Notes under the pieces: model-generated
Told to the model about the DNA's origin: nothing
What the model saw: the letters and a program-made list of their open reading frames with translations, nothing else
Databases searched by the model: none
Assembly: GCA_036229005.1 (NCBI GenBank)
Contig: JAZAMN010000052.1
Coordinates: 160,001 to 224,000, forward strand
Source of the DNA: Myxococcota bacterium
Lineage (GTDB): Bacteria > Myxococcota_A > UBA796 > CAJQPC01
Length of the DNA: 64,000 nucleotides
Direction: 5' to 3'
Shown: in pieces, positions 18,564-32,042 of the stretch
How positions within the stretch are numbered: the first letter of the stretch is position 1
How the letters are laid out: every line of letters begins with the position of its first letter
Translations under genes and position numbers: made by a program

Positions 18564-20597
18564 ATGGCCGAACTTCTGATCGAGTGCCTCTGCGAAGAGC
18601 TCCCCTACGGGATGATCGAGCCCGCCCTCAAGGCCCTGGACAAGGGCCTGCGTGAGCTCCTCAAGGGCGTGTCCATCGGCGCCTCCCGCTGCTACAGCAC
18701 CCCCCGCCGCCTCTGCGTGGTCATCCAGGACGTGGCCGAGGGCCGCCCCCTGACCGAGGAGCTGGTGACCGGTCCGCCGCTGGCCGCCGCCAAGCGTGAC
18801 GGGCAGTGGACCCGTGCCGCCGAGGGATTCGCCAAGGGCAAGGGCCTGACGGTGGACGACCTGCAGGTGGTCGAATCCAAGGGCCGTGAGGTCATCGCCG
18901 CGATGGTCAAGGGTGGGGGAGAGCGCAGCGTCGAGCTGGTCGCCGCCGGCCTGGACAAGCTGGTCATGGGCCTGCCCTTCAAGAAGTCCATGCGCTGGGG
19001 CGTCGGCGAGTTCCGCTGGGGCCGCCCCCTGCACGCCGTGTGCGCCATCTACGACGGGCAGCGCATCGAGACCACCGTCGCCGGCAAGCCCACCACCGAC
19101 CAGGTCGTCGGCCACCGCCGCAGCACCCTGGGCAGCTTCACCGCCACCACCGAGGCCAGCTACCTGAGCGGCCTGCGGGAGCGCTGGGTGGAGCCCGACC
19201 GCGACAGGCGCCAGGCCACCATCCGTCAGCAGCTCAATGACCTCGCTGGCACCCAGAGCGTCACGGTGTCCTGGGACCCCCGCCTGCTCGAAGAGGTGAC
19301 CGACCTCGTGGAGTGGCCCACTCCTGTCGCTGCCAACTTCGATGACAAGCTGCTGGAGCTGCCCTCCCGCCTGCTCGTCGAGTCCATGCGCGTGCACCAG
19401 CGCTACTTCCCGACCACCCGGGATGGCGCGCTCACGAGCACCTTCCTGCTGGTCTCGAACAACCCCACCGGGGACGCGCAGATCATCGCCGAGGGCAACC
19501 GCCGGGTGCTGGCCGCCCGCTTCCACGACGCCAGCTTCTTCCTGGCCGAGGACCGCAAGCTCAGCCTCCAGGAGCACGCCGCGGGGCTGGAGAAGATGAG
19601 GTGGGTGCGGAAGCTGGGGACCATGGCGGACAAGCAACTCCGCATCACCCAGCTCGCCGCGCAGATCTCTGCACTCTTCGGCGCCGACGAGGACACCGTT
19701 GCTGCGGCTGGCGCCGTCTGCAAGGCCGACCTGCTCTCCCAGATGGTCGGTGAGTTCCCCGAGCTCCAGGGCCACATGGGCCGGCTCTACGCCGAGCACC
19801 AGGGCATGCCGGAGTCCCAGGCCGTCGCCATCGAAGAGCACTACCTGCCGCGCTACTCCGGTGACGCGCTCCCCGAGACCCCCGCGGGTCGGGCCCTGGC
19901 CGTCGCGGACCGCCTGGACACCCTGCTGGGCTGCTTCTCCATCGGGCTCATCCCCAAGGGCAGCGCGGATCCTCAGGGTCTGCGCCGCGCGGCCATCGGC
20001 ACCAACGCCATCTTGGCGGCCGCCGGTCCCCAGGACCTGAGCTGGAAGGCGCTGCTGGAGCTCGCCTCCGCCGGTCGCGACATCGACGCGGAGACCCTGG
20101 GTAAGCTCCAGGGCTTCATGCAGGCCCGCTTCCGGGCGGCGCTGATCGCGGAAGGCTACGGCACCGACCTGGTGGACGCGGTCCTGGCCGCCGAGGGCGT
20201 CGAGCCCGGCCCCGCGCAGGTGCTGGCGCGCGCCAAGGCCCTCAAGGCCCTGAGCGAGGGAGGGGAGTTCGGCACGCTGCTGCAGGCCCTCCGCCGCCCC
20301 CTGAACATCGCCAAGGACCACAGCGGCTCCGCCCTGCACCTGGGGGCCTACGCGCTCCCCGTCGAGCAGTCCCTGGCCGAGGCCGCGCAGGCTCTGAGCG
20401 AGGCGGTGTCCCAGGACTCGCCCGCCGAGCTGCTCGCGCGCATGGTGGCCCTCAAGCCGCAGATCGACGCCTACTTCGACGAGGTGATGGTCATGGCCGA
20501 CGACCCCGCGGTGCGGGCGCAGCGGCTGGACCTGATGCGCTTCATCGCCGGTGTGTTTTTGACTTTGGCGGACTTCCGCCTCATCTCCACGGAGTGA
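18564..20597 (+). CDS. glyS: Glycine--tRNA ligase beta subunit
   Basis: LLIECLCEELP, TPRRL, KSMRWG, CKADL..MVGEFPELQG.MG, EHYLPR, GSADP.GLRR; follows glyQ. Confidence 0.97.
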   Translation: MAELLIECLCEELPYGMIEPALKALDKGLRELLKGVSIGASRCYSTPRRLCVVIQDVAEGRPLTEELVTGPPLAAAKRDGQWTRAAEGFAKGKGLTVDDLQVVESKGREVIAAMVKGGGERSVELVAAGLDKLVMGLPFKKSMRWGVGEFRWGRPLHAVCAIYDGQRIETTVAGKPTTDQVVGHRRSTLGSFTATTEASYLSGLRERWVEPDRDRRQATIRQQLNDLAGTQSVTVSWDPRLLEEVTDLVEWPTPVAANFDDKLLELPSRLLVESMRVHQRYFPTTRDGALTSTFLLVSNNPTGDAQIIAEGNRRVLAARFHDASFFLAEDRKLSLQEHAAGLEKMRWVRKLGTMADKQLRITQLAAQISALFGADEDTVAAAGAVCKADLLSQMVGEFPELQGHMGRLYAEHQGMPESQAVAIEEHYLPRYSGDALPETPAGRALAVADRLDTLLGCFSIGLIPKGSADPQGLRRAAIGTNAILAAAGPQDLSWKALLELASAGRDIDAETLGKLQGFMQARFRAALIAEGYGTDLVDAVLAAEGVEPGPAQVLARAKALKALSEGGEFGTLLQALRRPLNIAKDHSGSALHLGAYALPVEQSLAEAAQALSEAVSQDSPAELLARMVALKPQIDAYFDEVMVMADDPAVRAQRLDLMRFIAGVFLTLADFRLISTE

Positions 20598-20601
20598 TCC
20601 C

Positions 20602-23241
<2,640 letters not shown>

Positions 23242-23296
23242 GAATAGGCTAAGGGGGTGGTCCGAACACCCCTGGGGTGTCCTCGGACACCCGCGT

Positions 23297-26200
23297 GTGG
23301 AGACCTTCGTGCTGCTGTTGAGCCTGACCCTGGGCTGCCTGGTCCAAGACGGCGCGCCCTATGTTGGCGCGTGCGCCGAGTACCCCGGGACCCGCTACGA
23401 CTACGGTCAGATCGGCATCGGGGACTGCCTGGCAGGCCCCATCAGCCTGCACTGGGTGGACGAGGACACGCTCCTCGTCACCAACGCGAACCCCTTCCGG
23501 GACTTCGTGGGGGGCTCGGTGATCACGGTGGATGTCGCCGCCTGGAGGCAGGACGCAGCCAAGCGACCCGACGGCCGCGTGGCCATCGTCCCGGACGTCC
23601 ACGTGCCCTACAGCGTCGGCGTGAGCACCTTCTCCGATGACGGCGTCAGCGACGAGAGCATGCCCGGGGAGTCCCTGCTCATCCCGGACAGCGACCTGCT
23701 GCTGGTCCCAAACCGCTACTCCCCGGACGCCCGCAACCGCGTCTGGTTCGACCGGGTCAACTTCTACTTTGTGGAGGAGTCCGGCCAGGTCTACGAGGTG
23801 GGCGCGGCGGACGGCGAGCGCAGTCTGGAGCTGATGTCCGACCCGGTCACCAGCACCTACGACGCCGAGAACGAGCAGGTCTACATCGGCAACATCACCT
23901 CGCACACGGTCAGCGTGCTGTCGGTGGCCGACGGCCAGGTCAGCCTGGTGGATGGGAGCCCGGTGGCGAGCCTCTCCAGTCCCGCGATCCGCGACCTGGA
24001 TGGCAGCGGCAGCGAGATGGAGTTGAGCATCTCGGAGATCGTCGACTCTGAAGATGTCCTGACGGAGACCTGGACCCTGACCTACGTCGAGGGGACCGAC
24101 CGCATCTGGGAGGCCACCGCCGACGGCCTGCTGCGTCACGAGAGCGTGGGGCAGGAGCAGTGGGTGACCGCCACCACCGTCGACCTGCCCGTCACCGATC
24201 TCGTCCTCTCCGACCCGACCTACACCATCGGCGCCGATGGCAGCTACCTGGGCATGGTCGTGGTCCAAGGGGGCATCTACAACGCGGTGCCCTCGGCTGA
24301 CAGCGCGGAGACCTGGGGCCTGCTCAGCGCGGCCGCCCTCAGCCCACGATCGGACAACTGGGACGCCGTGCTCGGGGGCCCCCACCACCTGATCTCCTCC
24401 AGCACGGACCACCTCTTCTTCGACGGCTGGAACGAGGCCACCGGGGAGTCCGGCATCGGGCTCGCCACCAGCAGCGACAGCCGGGTCTACACCCGGGAGA
24501 CCAGCGGCCCGCTCTTGTTGGCCGGCAGCGCCGGGGGTGACCACGACAGCGTCCGTATCGCCGATCCCTTCGTCGTCTACGACGCCCAGGCCGACCGCTG
24601 GCGCATGTACTACTCCGCGTTCGACGGGGAGCACTGGAGCATCGGCCACGCGGTCAGCAGCGACCTGCGCAGCTGGCAGCCCGACGCCGAGCCCGTGTTC
24701 GACACCACCACGGGCGCCGCGGCCCCCATCCTGCGCGTAGACGGCTCCGGCTTCCGGATGTGGACCTCCCGCCCCACCGATACCGGCTGGGAGCTGGGCG
24801 TCGCCTGGTCACTGGACGGCAGCGACTGGGAGGACCTCGGCGCCGTCCTGGAGCTGGAATCCACCGACAGCGAGCCCCCGGGCGTGAGCCTGCAGCGCCT
24901 GAGCACGCTGGGCTGGAGCGTCTGGGGCAACGACAGCGGCGGCCAGGAGCTCACGCTGCTCAGCGGGGACCTGTCCGAGTTCGGCGGCCTCTACGTGATG
25001 CCCTCCCACGGCTTCTCCCACGGCCTCAGCGCCAGCGAAGATGCGGAGACCGGCGTCCAGGCCTGGAGTCTGCTCTCCGACGGCACCCTGCTCCTGGCCC
25101 TGACCGATGGGGAAGGGGAGCGCAGCATCGCCTGGGGAGGGGCGGGTGGGCATGTCTCCCGGCCCGTCTTCACCGCCTCGGACTCCGAGCTGGCCACCAC
25201 GGGTGTGCACAGCCCGACCGCATACGAGGTCAACGGGGCCCTCTACATGCTCTACGCAGCCACCGATGATGACGGCCTGGACCGCATCGGCCGCGCCACC
25301 AGCACCGACGGCGGCAAGAGCTGGACCGACCTGGGCCTGGCCCTGGACCTGGGTGAAGACTGGGACAGCGTGCGCGTGTTCCCTGGCTCCGTGGTCGGGG
25401 ACGAGACCGAGCTGACCCTCTACTACACCGGCTTCAACGGCACCCAGAGCCGCCTGGGCCTGGCCACGTCCACCGACGGCGGCGAGACCTGGCTGCGCAG
25501 CGAGCCCGACGAGCCCTGGCTCTACCAGGGCGGCACCCCGGGCAGCTTCGACGACTCCGCCGTGCGCAACCCCTTCGTGCTGCGCCAGGACGGCGTCGAC
25601 CACATCTGGTACGGCGGCTTCGACGGCGAGCTCTGGCGCCTGGGCTACGCCACCCGCAGCGTCGGCAGCCTGGAGTGGGTGCAGCCCGCGGACCGCGACG
25701 GCGAGCCCAAGTGGGCCCACGTCGGCATGCCCTCGACCTTCGCGTCCGAGAGCGTGGATCGGGTGGTGCTCCAGCAGCTCAGCGACGGCAGCTACCAGGG
25801 CTACGTCAGCGGCTGGGACGCGCCCGAGGCCTACGAGCGGGTGGGCCGCGTGTTCGGCACCTCGCCGGAGACCCTCTACCCGGACCTGGGCATGCCCACC
25901 GCTGGCGACCAGATGGTCCTCTACACCCACCGCGGCGACGACAGCGACAGCATGGCCATCGACCTGGAGCTGGACGTCGGCGGCGCCACGTTCAGCGGGC
26001 AGGCGACCGCGGCGCTGCGGGTGGACCACGAGCGCGGCTTCCTCTACGTCGCCTCCGAGGTCCAGAACGCCATCTACGTCATCGACATCCGCGATGACAG
26101 CGACGGGCTCTTCGACGACAGCAACGTCTTCGACGTCGAGGCCGTGCTGATCAACAACAACAACACCGGCGCCTACAAGAGCCGCGACATCCTCGCCCCC

Positions 26201-26677
26201 CAGGGCAGCGACTGGATCTACGCGCTCAACGCCACCCCGGATGCGCTGGTGGTCTACGACGCCACCCAGATCGTCGACGACGGCGACACCGAGCTCGTGT
26301 TCGACGCCCCCATCGGCGTGCTCCCGCTCCCCCGCGCGAGCACCACCGTGGACAACGGCGTGCAGACCACCGTCGAGGTCGGCCCGGGCCGCATGGTCCA
26401 GGTCGGCGAGCTGCTGGTGGTGTCCAACTTCAACGAGAACAGCCTCAGCGTCATCGATCCCCGCCTGGGCACCTTCGGCCAGGTCATCGGGGACGTCGAG
26501 AACATCGGCGAGAACCCCTTCGCCATGGCGCTCTCCCCGGACGGCACCACCCTCGCCGTCGCGAACTACGTCGGCGAGATCCTGGACCAGCACGTCAACC
26601 CCAGCGTCGTGCTGGTCGACATGGACCCGGACAGCGAGACCTTCATGCAGCCCGTGGCCACCCTGGTGAACGAATGA
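23297..26677 (+). CDS. Large lipoprotein with glycosidase-like five-bladed propeller repeats and a YVTN-like propeller
   Basis: GTG start, LTLGC lipobox; blades such as DSVRIADPFVVYD..WRMYYS, IGRATSTDGG.SW, FDDSAVRNPFV; C-terminal GENPFAMALSPDG..LAVANY. Confidence 0.7.
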   Translation: METFVLLLSLTLGCLVQDGAPYVGACAEYPGTRYDYGQIGIGDCLAGPISLHWVDEDTLLVTNANPFRDFVGGSVITVDVAAWRQDAAKRPDGRVAIVPDVHVPYSVGVSTFSDDGVSDESMPGESLLIPDSDLLLVPNRYSPDARNRVWFDRVNFYFVEESGQVYEVGAADGERSLELMSDPVTSTYDAENEQVYIGNITSHTVSVLSVADGQVSLVDGSPVASLSSPAIRDLDGSGSEMELSISEIVDSEDVLTETWTLTYVEGTDRIWEATADGLLRHESVGQEQWVTATTVDLPVTDLVLSDPTYTIGADGSYLGMVVVQGGIYNAVPSADSAETWGLLSAAALSPRSDNWDAVLGGPHHLISSSTDHLFFDGWNEATGESGIGLATSSDSRVYTRETSGPLLLAGSAGGDHDSVRIADPFVVYDAQADRWRMYYSAFDGEHWSIGHAVSSDLRSWQPDAEPVFDTTTGAAAPILRVDGSGFRMWTSRPTDTGWELGVAWSLDGSDWEDLGAVLELESTDSEPPGVSLQRLSTLGWSVWGNDSGGQELTLLSGDLSEFGGLYVMPSHGFSHGLSASEDAETGVQAWSLLSDGTLLLALTDGEGERSIAWGGAGGHVSRPVFTASDSELATTGVHSPTAYEVNGALYMLYAATDDDGLDRIGRATSTDGGKSWTDLGLALDLGEDWDSVRVFPGSVVGDETELTLYYTGFNGTQSRLGLATSTDGGETWLRSEPDEPWLYQGGTPGSFDDSAVRNPFVLRQDGVDHIWYGGFDGELWRLGYATRSVGSLEWVQPADRDGEPKWAHVGMPSTFASESVDRVVLQQLSDGSYQGYVSGWDAPEAYERVGRVFGTSPETLYPDLGMPTAGDQMVLYTHRGDDSDSMAIDLELDVGGATFSGQATAALRVDHERGFLYVASEVQNAIYVIDIRDDSDGLFDDSNVFDVEAVLINNNNTGAYKSRDILAPQGSDWIYALNATPDALVVYDATQIVDDGDTELVFDAPIGVLPLPRASTTVDNGVQTTVEVGPGRMVQVGELLVVSNFNENSLSVIDPRLGTFGQVIGDVENIGENPFAMALSPDGTTLAVANYVGEILDQHVNPSVVLVDMDPDSETFMQPVATLVNE

Positions 26678-28611
26678 TCTGGATGCTCGCCGCGCTGGCC
26701 TGCAAGGAGCCCAACAACCTGCAGGGCAGCTTCGACGCGCCGGCCTACGCCAGCGTGCTCAGCCCCGAGCAGGGGGGGCCCTTCGTGGACCCCGTCGCGT
26801 TCGTGGTCAACCAGGACTCCGGCGTGATCATGCCCCTGGACGTGCAGCACGGCTGGATCGTCCCCGAGGACGCCGCCGCCCCCTACGTGCCCTCCGCTGG
26901 CATCCCCACGGGCGCCGACCGGCAGCTCGGCCCCATCGCCGCCTACGCCCCCGACGACAGCAGCGTCAGCCTCTGGGTCGCCGACCTGGCCAGCGACTCT
27001 TTGCTGCAGGTTCCCTGGATCTCCGGGGTCTCCGAGTCCGGCCTCCAGGCCCAGGGCGCCGAGATCTCGGGGGAGCCCGAGTTCAACGACGCCGACGCCA
27101 GCGGGGACAGCGCCACCCTCTCGGTGGTCGCCCTGCGTCGCGGCGCCGCCGCCTCCGAGACCTGGACCCTGAGCTGGACCGGCCAGGACTTCCTGGTCGT
27201 GGGCTCCCAGAGCGGTCGGCAGGCGCGCCGGGCCACCTGGCTCGCGCCCTACGCCACCGACGACAACTCCGTCCAGCTCCTGCTGGAGGGCACCGCCACC
27301 GTGGGCGACAGCTTCACCTTCACGGTGGACAGCGGACTCACTGAGCTGCCCGTGGGTGGCGCGGTACAGGACCTCTGGATGGCGCCGGATCAGAGCGCCC
27401 TCTGGGCGCTGGTGATGGACGTGGACGCCGTGGTGGCCGACACTGGCGGGGACACCGCCGACACCAACAGCCCCTCGGACACCGCAGACACCGGCCTGAC
27501 CAGCGAGGACACCGGCACCACGACCCTGCTCGCAATCGACCCCGCCAGCGGCGCCACCCTCGCCCAGGTCGCGCTGCCCAGCGGCGCCATGCCGCACCGG
27601 ATGAACGCCACGCCGGACGGCCTGCGCATCTACCTCAGCGACGCGGTCGGGGAGCAGGTGCTCCAGCTTGACCTCGCCGATGGGCTGGAGTCTGCCGCGT
27701 TGACGAGCATCCCCATGCCCGGAGCGGTGGTGGACGCTGTGTGGCAGACCGACGAGTCCGCCTCCTCCCGGCTCTATGTGGCCCTGCGGGGCGAGAAGGC
27801 CGTGCGCGTCTACGACCTGGACACCCAGCAGTGGGTGGACGTGAACCCCGTCACCGCCGAGATCGACGGCGTGTACGTGGGCTCCCCCGTGCTGGCCCTC
27901 AGCGCGCCCGCCGCCCCCTTCCTGATGCAGGAGGAGGGCACCTGGGAGACCCGCGAGCGCGACTACGCCGTCGCCATCACCACCTGGGAGGGCACCGTCC
28001 AGATCGCGCAGGCCAGCACCGGATGCCTCGCGCAGACCCTGTCCGGGGCCTACGTGAACTTCGGCGAGACCACCACCGACGACGGCTGGGACGACCAGGG
28101 GGCCACCTCCAACCCCGGCTTCGAGCTGGACGCGCTGGACGAGCCCGTCCAGGTCAACCCCTGCGGTGGCATCGCCCGCAGCGAGAGCTGGCGGCTGACC
28201 TACGACGGCTCCCAGGGCAACTGGATCGTCGAGGGCAGCGTCTCCGGCGTCCAGGCCGCACGCGCGCAGGAGGGGCAGCGCTACGTGTCCGACACCGGCG
28301 CCATCTCCTTCACCATCCGCTCGGGGACCCAGCCCAGCAGCGACGGGGACAACTTCTTCTTCACCGTCAGCAACGGCACCCTGGAGATCGACTTCGATCG
28401 CGACGGGGACGGCGTGCTCTCCAGCACCGGCAGCGAGACCCCGCTGGACAACCCGGCGCGACCCGCGGTCTACACCTTCCTGGCCGGCGCAGAGGACGGC
28501 GGCTGGGTCTCGGTGAACCGCAAGGTGGGCCTGGTCCTCCCGGTGACCGGGTACGACAACGTCGCCAAGGTGGATCTGCAGGCCGGTAGGGTCGTCTCCA
28601 TCTGGGACTGA
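26674..28611 (+). CDS. YncE/YVTN-like beta-propeller lipoprotein
   Basis: ATGA overlap with the upstream gene; MIWMLAALAC; PHRMNATPDGLRIYLSD, RLYVAL. Confidence 0.7.
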   Translation: MIWMLAALACKEPNNLQGSFDAPAYASVLSPEQGGPFVDPVAFVVNQDSGVIMPLDVQHGWIVPEDAAAPYVPSAGIPTGADRQLGPIAAYAPDDSSVSLWVADLASDSLLQVPWISGVSESGLQAQGAEISGEPEFNDADASGDSATLSVVALRRGAAASETWTLSWTGQDFLVVGSQSGRQARRATWLAPYATDDNSVQLLLEGTATVGDSFTFTVDSGLTELPVGGAVQDLWMAPDQSALWALVMDVDAVVADTGGDTADTNSPSDTADTGLTSEDTGTTTLLAIDPASGATLAQVALPSGAMPHRMNATPDGLRIYLSDAVGEQVLQLDLADGLESAALTSIPMPGAVVDAVWQTDESASSRLYVALRGEKAVRVYDLDTQQWVDVNPVTAEIDGVYVGSPVLALSAPAAPFLMQEEGTWETRERDYAVAITTWEGTVQIAQASTGCLAQTLSGAYVNFGETTTDDGWDDQGATSNPGFELDALDEPVQVNPCGGIARSESWRLTYDGSQGNWIVEGSVSGVQAARAQEGQRYVSDTGAISFTIRSGTQPSSDGDNFFFTVSNGTLEIDFDRDGDGVLSSTGSETPLDNPARPAVYTFLAGAEDGGWVSVNRKVGLVLPVTGYDNVAKVDLQAGRVVSIWD

Positions 28612-28630
28612 ACCGCCTGGCGGCCTGGGC

Positions 28631-30277
28631 CTACCCCAGCCTCAGGGCCTGATTGCGCTCCGGCGAGGACAGCTCGGCGTCGACCTCGGCGAGCTGCTGC
28701 AGTAGCTCTTCGACCCGCAGCGAGTCGCTCCCGGCCCGCTCGACCACCAGCAGGTGCCTCAGGACCTTGCGGGCCCCCCGGAGGTCGCCCAGGCGCGCCG
28801 CTTCGCCCAGGGCCTGCTGGTAGATGTCGGCCGCCTCGGCCAGCGTCCCGGCCGCAGCCGCCAGGTCGCCCTGCAGACGGCGGCAGCGTGCGGCGGCCTG
28901 GGGCTCTCCCGCGCGCAGGTAGAGGGCGTGCGCGGCGTCGAGGGCGGCGGTGGCCTCGGGGTGCCTGCCGGTGCGCAGGTGGATGTCGGCCCGGAGCCGC
29001 AGCGCCCCCGCGAGCACCACCGGGCGGGAGCTGCCCAGGGCCTCCGCCTGGTCCAGGAGCAGCGTGGCGCCCATGGTCTCGCCCCGGGAGATGGAGAGCG
29101 CGGCGCGGCCCAGGCAGAGGTTGGCGCGGGCCAGAGTGGTCTGCGGCTGCTCGCCCATCACCGCGCCGGCCTGCTCATACAGCGCGTCGGCGCTCAGGAC
29201 CTCGCCGCTGTGGACGGCCACATCGCCGGCGGCCCGCAGGGTCTCGGCCACGCCCAGGGGATCCCCGTGGTCGCGGTGGAGCGCGCGGGCGCGGCGCATG
29301 CGGGAGATGGCCTCCTCGGATTCGCCCATGGCCGCCAGGATGTCCGCGCTGCGGCGCAGCAGGGTCGCTGCCAGCAGGGGCGCCTGGGCCTTCATGAGCA
29401 GGCGCAGAGCGGCCTCGTGGTGTCCGGTCGCCGCGCCCGTCAGGCCCTGTCGGAGCAGCAGGTCGCCTTCGGCCCAATGCAGCAGCGCCCGGGGCTCGCC
29501 GCCATGCGCTTCGCGGCCCTGGTCCAGCAGCTCCCGAGCCAGGGGGAGCTGGCCGCTGATGCCCAGCAGGCGGGCCGCTGCGGCGATTGCCTGGGCCTTG
29601 GGGAGCCCCGCGGGCAGGTGGCGGACCAGGGCCCGGAGGAAGAGCAGGTCGGCGTGCTCCAGGCCCGCGGGGAGTGCCTCACCGTGGGCGATGCTCAGGA
29701 GCTCCTGGGCCCGGGGCAGCAGCTCGGTTGCGGCTTCTGCGGGGTCGGCGTGGGGGCGGGCGCCCTCCAGGCGCTCGGGGGGCAGGCGCTCGCGAGGGGA
29801 CAGCAGGTCCTCGCCGGGGACACCAGCCGGACAGAGGCTCAGGGCATCTGGTGCCGAGAGGTGGGGTGGGGGAGTGACGCCATGACACTCGGCCCCCTCG
29901 ATCTCCCGAGCCCCAAACCCGACGACCGCGAGGCCGTCTCCGAAGGCGATCAGGGCCTCGGCGGCGGTGCGGGCGTCCTCGGCCTGGAGCTTGCGCCAGA
30001 TCAGCAGGGTGCCCGGCTCAAGTGCCTGGGCGACGGCCCCCGTGACGCCTGGGCTGGGGAGCCGGAGGGCGAGCCCAGTGGCTCGGATGAGATCGGGCGC
30101 GTCCACGCATCCCAGGGTGTCCACCTGCAGGCTGGGCCCGGTCCAGGCGTCCAGCAGGGACTCCAGGGCCTCCTGTCGGCTGCGGGGCCCACCGACGTGC
30201 AAGACCAGGGGGGTGCCCAGGTGAATGGCCTTCAAGGCGCTGCGAGGCCAGGGGGATTCGGGGGCGTCGGGCGGCAT
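28631..30277 (-). CDS. TPR-like helical repeat protein with an N-terminal degenerate NTPase-like region
   Basis: MalT-type TPR-like repeats (A...R..GD..G.AETL..GD); A/L/R-rich. Confidence 0.6.
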   Translation of the reverse strand: MPPDAPESPWPRSALKAIHLGTPLVLHVGGPRSRQEALESLLDAWTGPSLQVDTLGCVDAPDLIRATGLALRLPSPGVTGAVAQALEPGTLLIWRKLQAEDARTAAEALIAFGDGLAVVGFGAREIEGAECHGVTPPPHLSAPDALSLCPAGVPGEDLLSPRERLPPERLEGARPHADPAEAATELLPRAQELLSIAHGEALPAGLEHADLLFLRALVRHLPAGLPKAQAIAAAARLLGISGQLPLARELLDQGREAHGGEPRALLHWAEGDLLLRQGLTGAATGHHEAALRLLMKAQAPLLAATLLRRSADILAAMGESEEAISRMRRARALHRDHGDPLGVAETLRAAGDVAVHSGEVLSADALYEQAGAVMGEQPQTTLARANLCLGRAALSISRGETMGATLLLDQAEALGSSRPVVLAGALRLRADIHLRTGRHPEATAALDAAHALYLRAGEPQAAARCRRLQGDLAAAAGTLAEAADIYQQALGEAARLGDLRGARKVLRHLLVVERAGSDSLRVEELLQQLAEVDAELSSPERNQALRLG

Positions 30278-30345
30278 TCGGACCGTGGCTGGAGGCCGGT
30301 TTCTGCGTTAGCGGACTGCCCCAGAGATACCAGACGGAGAGGGCC

Positions 30346-31221
30346 ATGTCCGAGAGCGTGATCGACATCCAGAACATCGGCGTGGTCGGCGCCGGACAGA
30401 TGGGCAACGGCATCGCCCAGGTCGCCGCGCAGGCGGGCTACCAGGTGGTCCTCAGCGACATCTCCCAGCCGGCGCTGGACAAGGGGATGGCCACCATCCA
30501 GAAGAACCTCGGGCGCATGGTCCGCAAGGAGAAGCTGACCGAGGCCGAGGCCCAGAGCGCCCTCTCGCGCATCCGCACCGCGACCGAGCTCTCCGCCTTT
30601 GGGGACAGCCAGCTCGTCATCGAAGCGGCGACCGAGCGCACCGAGCTCAAGTTCAAGATCTTCGAGCAGCTCTCCGCCGCGACCTCCGCGGACACCCTGC
30701 TGGCCTCGAACACCAGCTCGATCTCCATCACCGCCATCGCCGCCCACACGGACCGGCCGGACAAGGTGATGGGCATGCACTTCATGAACCCCGTGCCGGT
30801 CATGAAGCTGGTGGAGCTCATCCGGGGCCTGGCCACCGCCGACAGCACCTGGAGCGCGGTCGAGGCCGCCGCGCAGCGCATGGGCAAGACCACGGTCGAG
30901 GGGCGGGACATGCCCGGGTTCATCGTGAACCGCGTGCTCATGCCCTACATCAACGAGGCGGTCTACGCCCTGTACGAGGGCATCGGCTCGGTCGAGGACA
31001 TCGACACCGCCATGAAGCTGGGCACCAACGTTCCCATGGGGCCCCTGACCCTCGCGGACTTCATCGGCCTGGACACCTGCCTGGCCATCATGGAGGTCCT
31101 GCACACCGGCATGGGCGGCGACTCCAAGTACCGCCCGTGTCCGCTGCTCCGCAAGTACGTCGAGGCCGGCTGGCTGGGGCGCAAGACCGGTCGCGGCTTC
31201 TACACCTACCCGGCCAAGTGA
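30346..31221 (+). CDS. hbd: 3-hydroxybutyryl-CoA dehydrogenase
   Basis: GVVGAGQMGNGIAQV, LASNTSSISI, GMHFMNPVP, PGFIVNR, PMGPL.LADFIGLD, GWLGRKTGRGFY. Confidence 0.93.
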   Translation: MSESVIDIQNIGVVGAGQMGNGIAQVAAQAGYQVVLSDISQPALDKGMATIQKNLGRMVRKEKLTEAEAQSALSRIRTATELSAFGDSQLVIEAATERTELKFKIFEQLSAATSADTLLASNTSSISITAIAAHTDRPDKVMGMHFMNPVPVMKLVELIRGLATADSTWSAVEAAAQRMGKTTVEGRDMPGFIVNRVLMPYINEAVYALYEGIGSVEDIDTAMKLGTNVPMGPLTLADFIGLDTCLAIMEVLHTGMGGDSKYRPCPLLRKYVEAGWLGRKTGRGFYTYPAK

Positions 31222-31228
31222 GGGACCG

Positions 31229-32026
31229 ATGAGCTCCGATCGCACCGTCCACCTGTACAGCACGATCAAGGTGGCCTTCGACGACCGCGTCGCCGTGGTC
31301 ACCCTCAACCGCCCCAAGGCCCTCAACGCCATCAACAGCACCATGGTCCAGGAGCTGGGCGAGGTCTTGGACGAGGTCACCCAGCGGGAGGCCCTCGCCG
31401 TGGTCCTGACGGGCGCGGGCCCCAAGGCCTTTGCCGCTGGCGCCGACATCTCCGAGATGCGCCGCATGAGCCCCGCCGAGGCGGCCCGCTTCGCCGAGCA
31501 GGGGCAGCGCGTGTTCTCTCGCCTGGAGAGCTTCGACCGCCCGATCATCGCTGCGGTCAATGGCTACGCGCTGGGGGGCGGCTGCGAGCTCGCCATGTCC
31601 TGCGACATCATCCTGGCCGCCAAGAACGCCGTGTTCGGCCAGCCCGAGGTCAAGCTGGGCGTCATCCCCGGCTTCGGCGGCAGCCAGCGCATGACCCGCC
31701 TGGTCGGGCGCCAGCGCGCTCGGGAGATCTGCTACACCGGCCGCAGCGTGCGCTCGGAAGAGGCGGCTCGCATCGGGCTGGCTGCACGGGTCGCAGAGGG
31801 GGACGTCGTCGCCGAGGCCATGAGCCTGGCCAACCAGATCGCCAACAACGCGCCGCGGGCGGTGAGCCTCTGCAAGCGCGCCATCAACACCGGGGCCGAC
31901 CTGGACATGAGCAGCGCGCTCGCGCACGAAGCCCAGCTCTTTGGGCTCTGCTTCGCCAGCTCGGATCAGAAGGAGGGCATGAGCGCCTTCCTCGACAAGC
32001 GCCCCCCCAACTTCACCGGTCGCTGA
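31229..32026 (+). CDS. crt: Enoyl-CoA hydratase (crotonase)
   Basis: LNRPKALNA, AFAAGADISEM, AVNGYALGGGCELAMSCD, FGQPEVKLG.IPGFGGSQR. Confidence 0.9.
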   Translation: MSSDRTVHLYSTIKVAFDDRVAVVTLNRPKALNAINSTMVQELGEVLDEVTQREALAVVLTGAGPKAFAAGADISEMRRMSPAEAARFAEQGQRVFSRLESFDRPIIAAVNGYALGGGCELAMSCDIILAAKNAVFGQPEVKLGVIPGFGGSQRMTRLVGRQRAREICYTGRSVRSEEAARIGLAARVAEGDVVAEAMSLANQIANNAPRAVSLCKRAINTGADLDMSSALAHEAQLFGLCFASSDQKEGMSAFLDKRPPNFTGR

Positions 32027-32042
32027 GACCAGGAGCACACCA

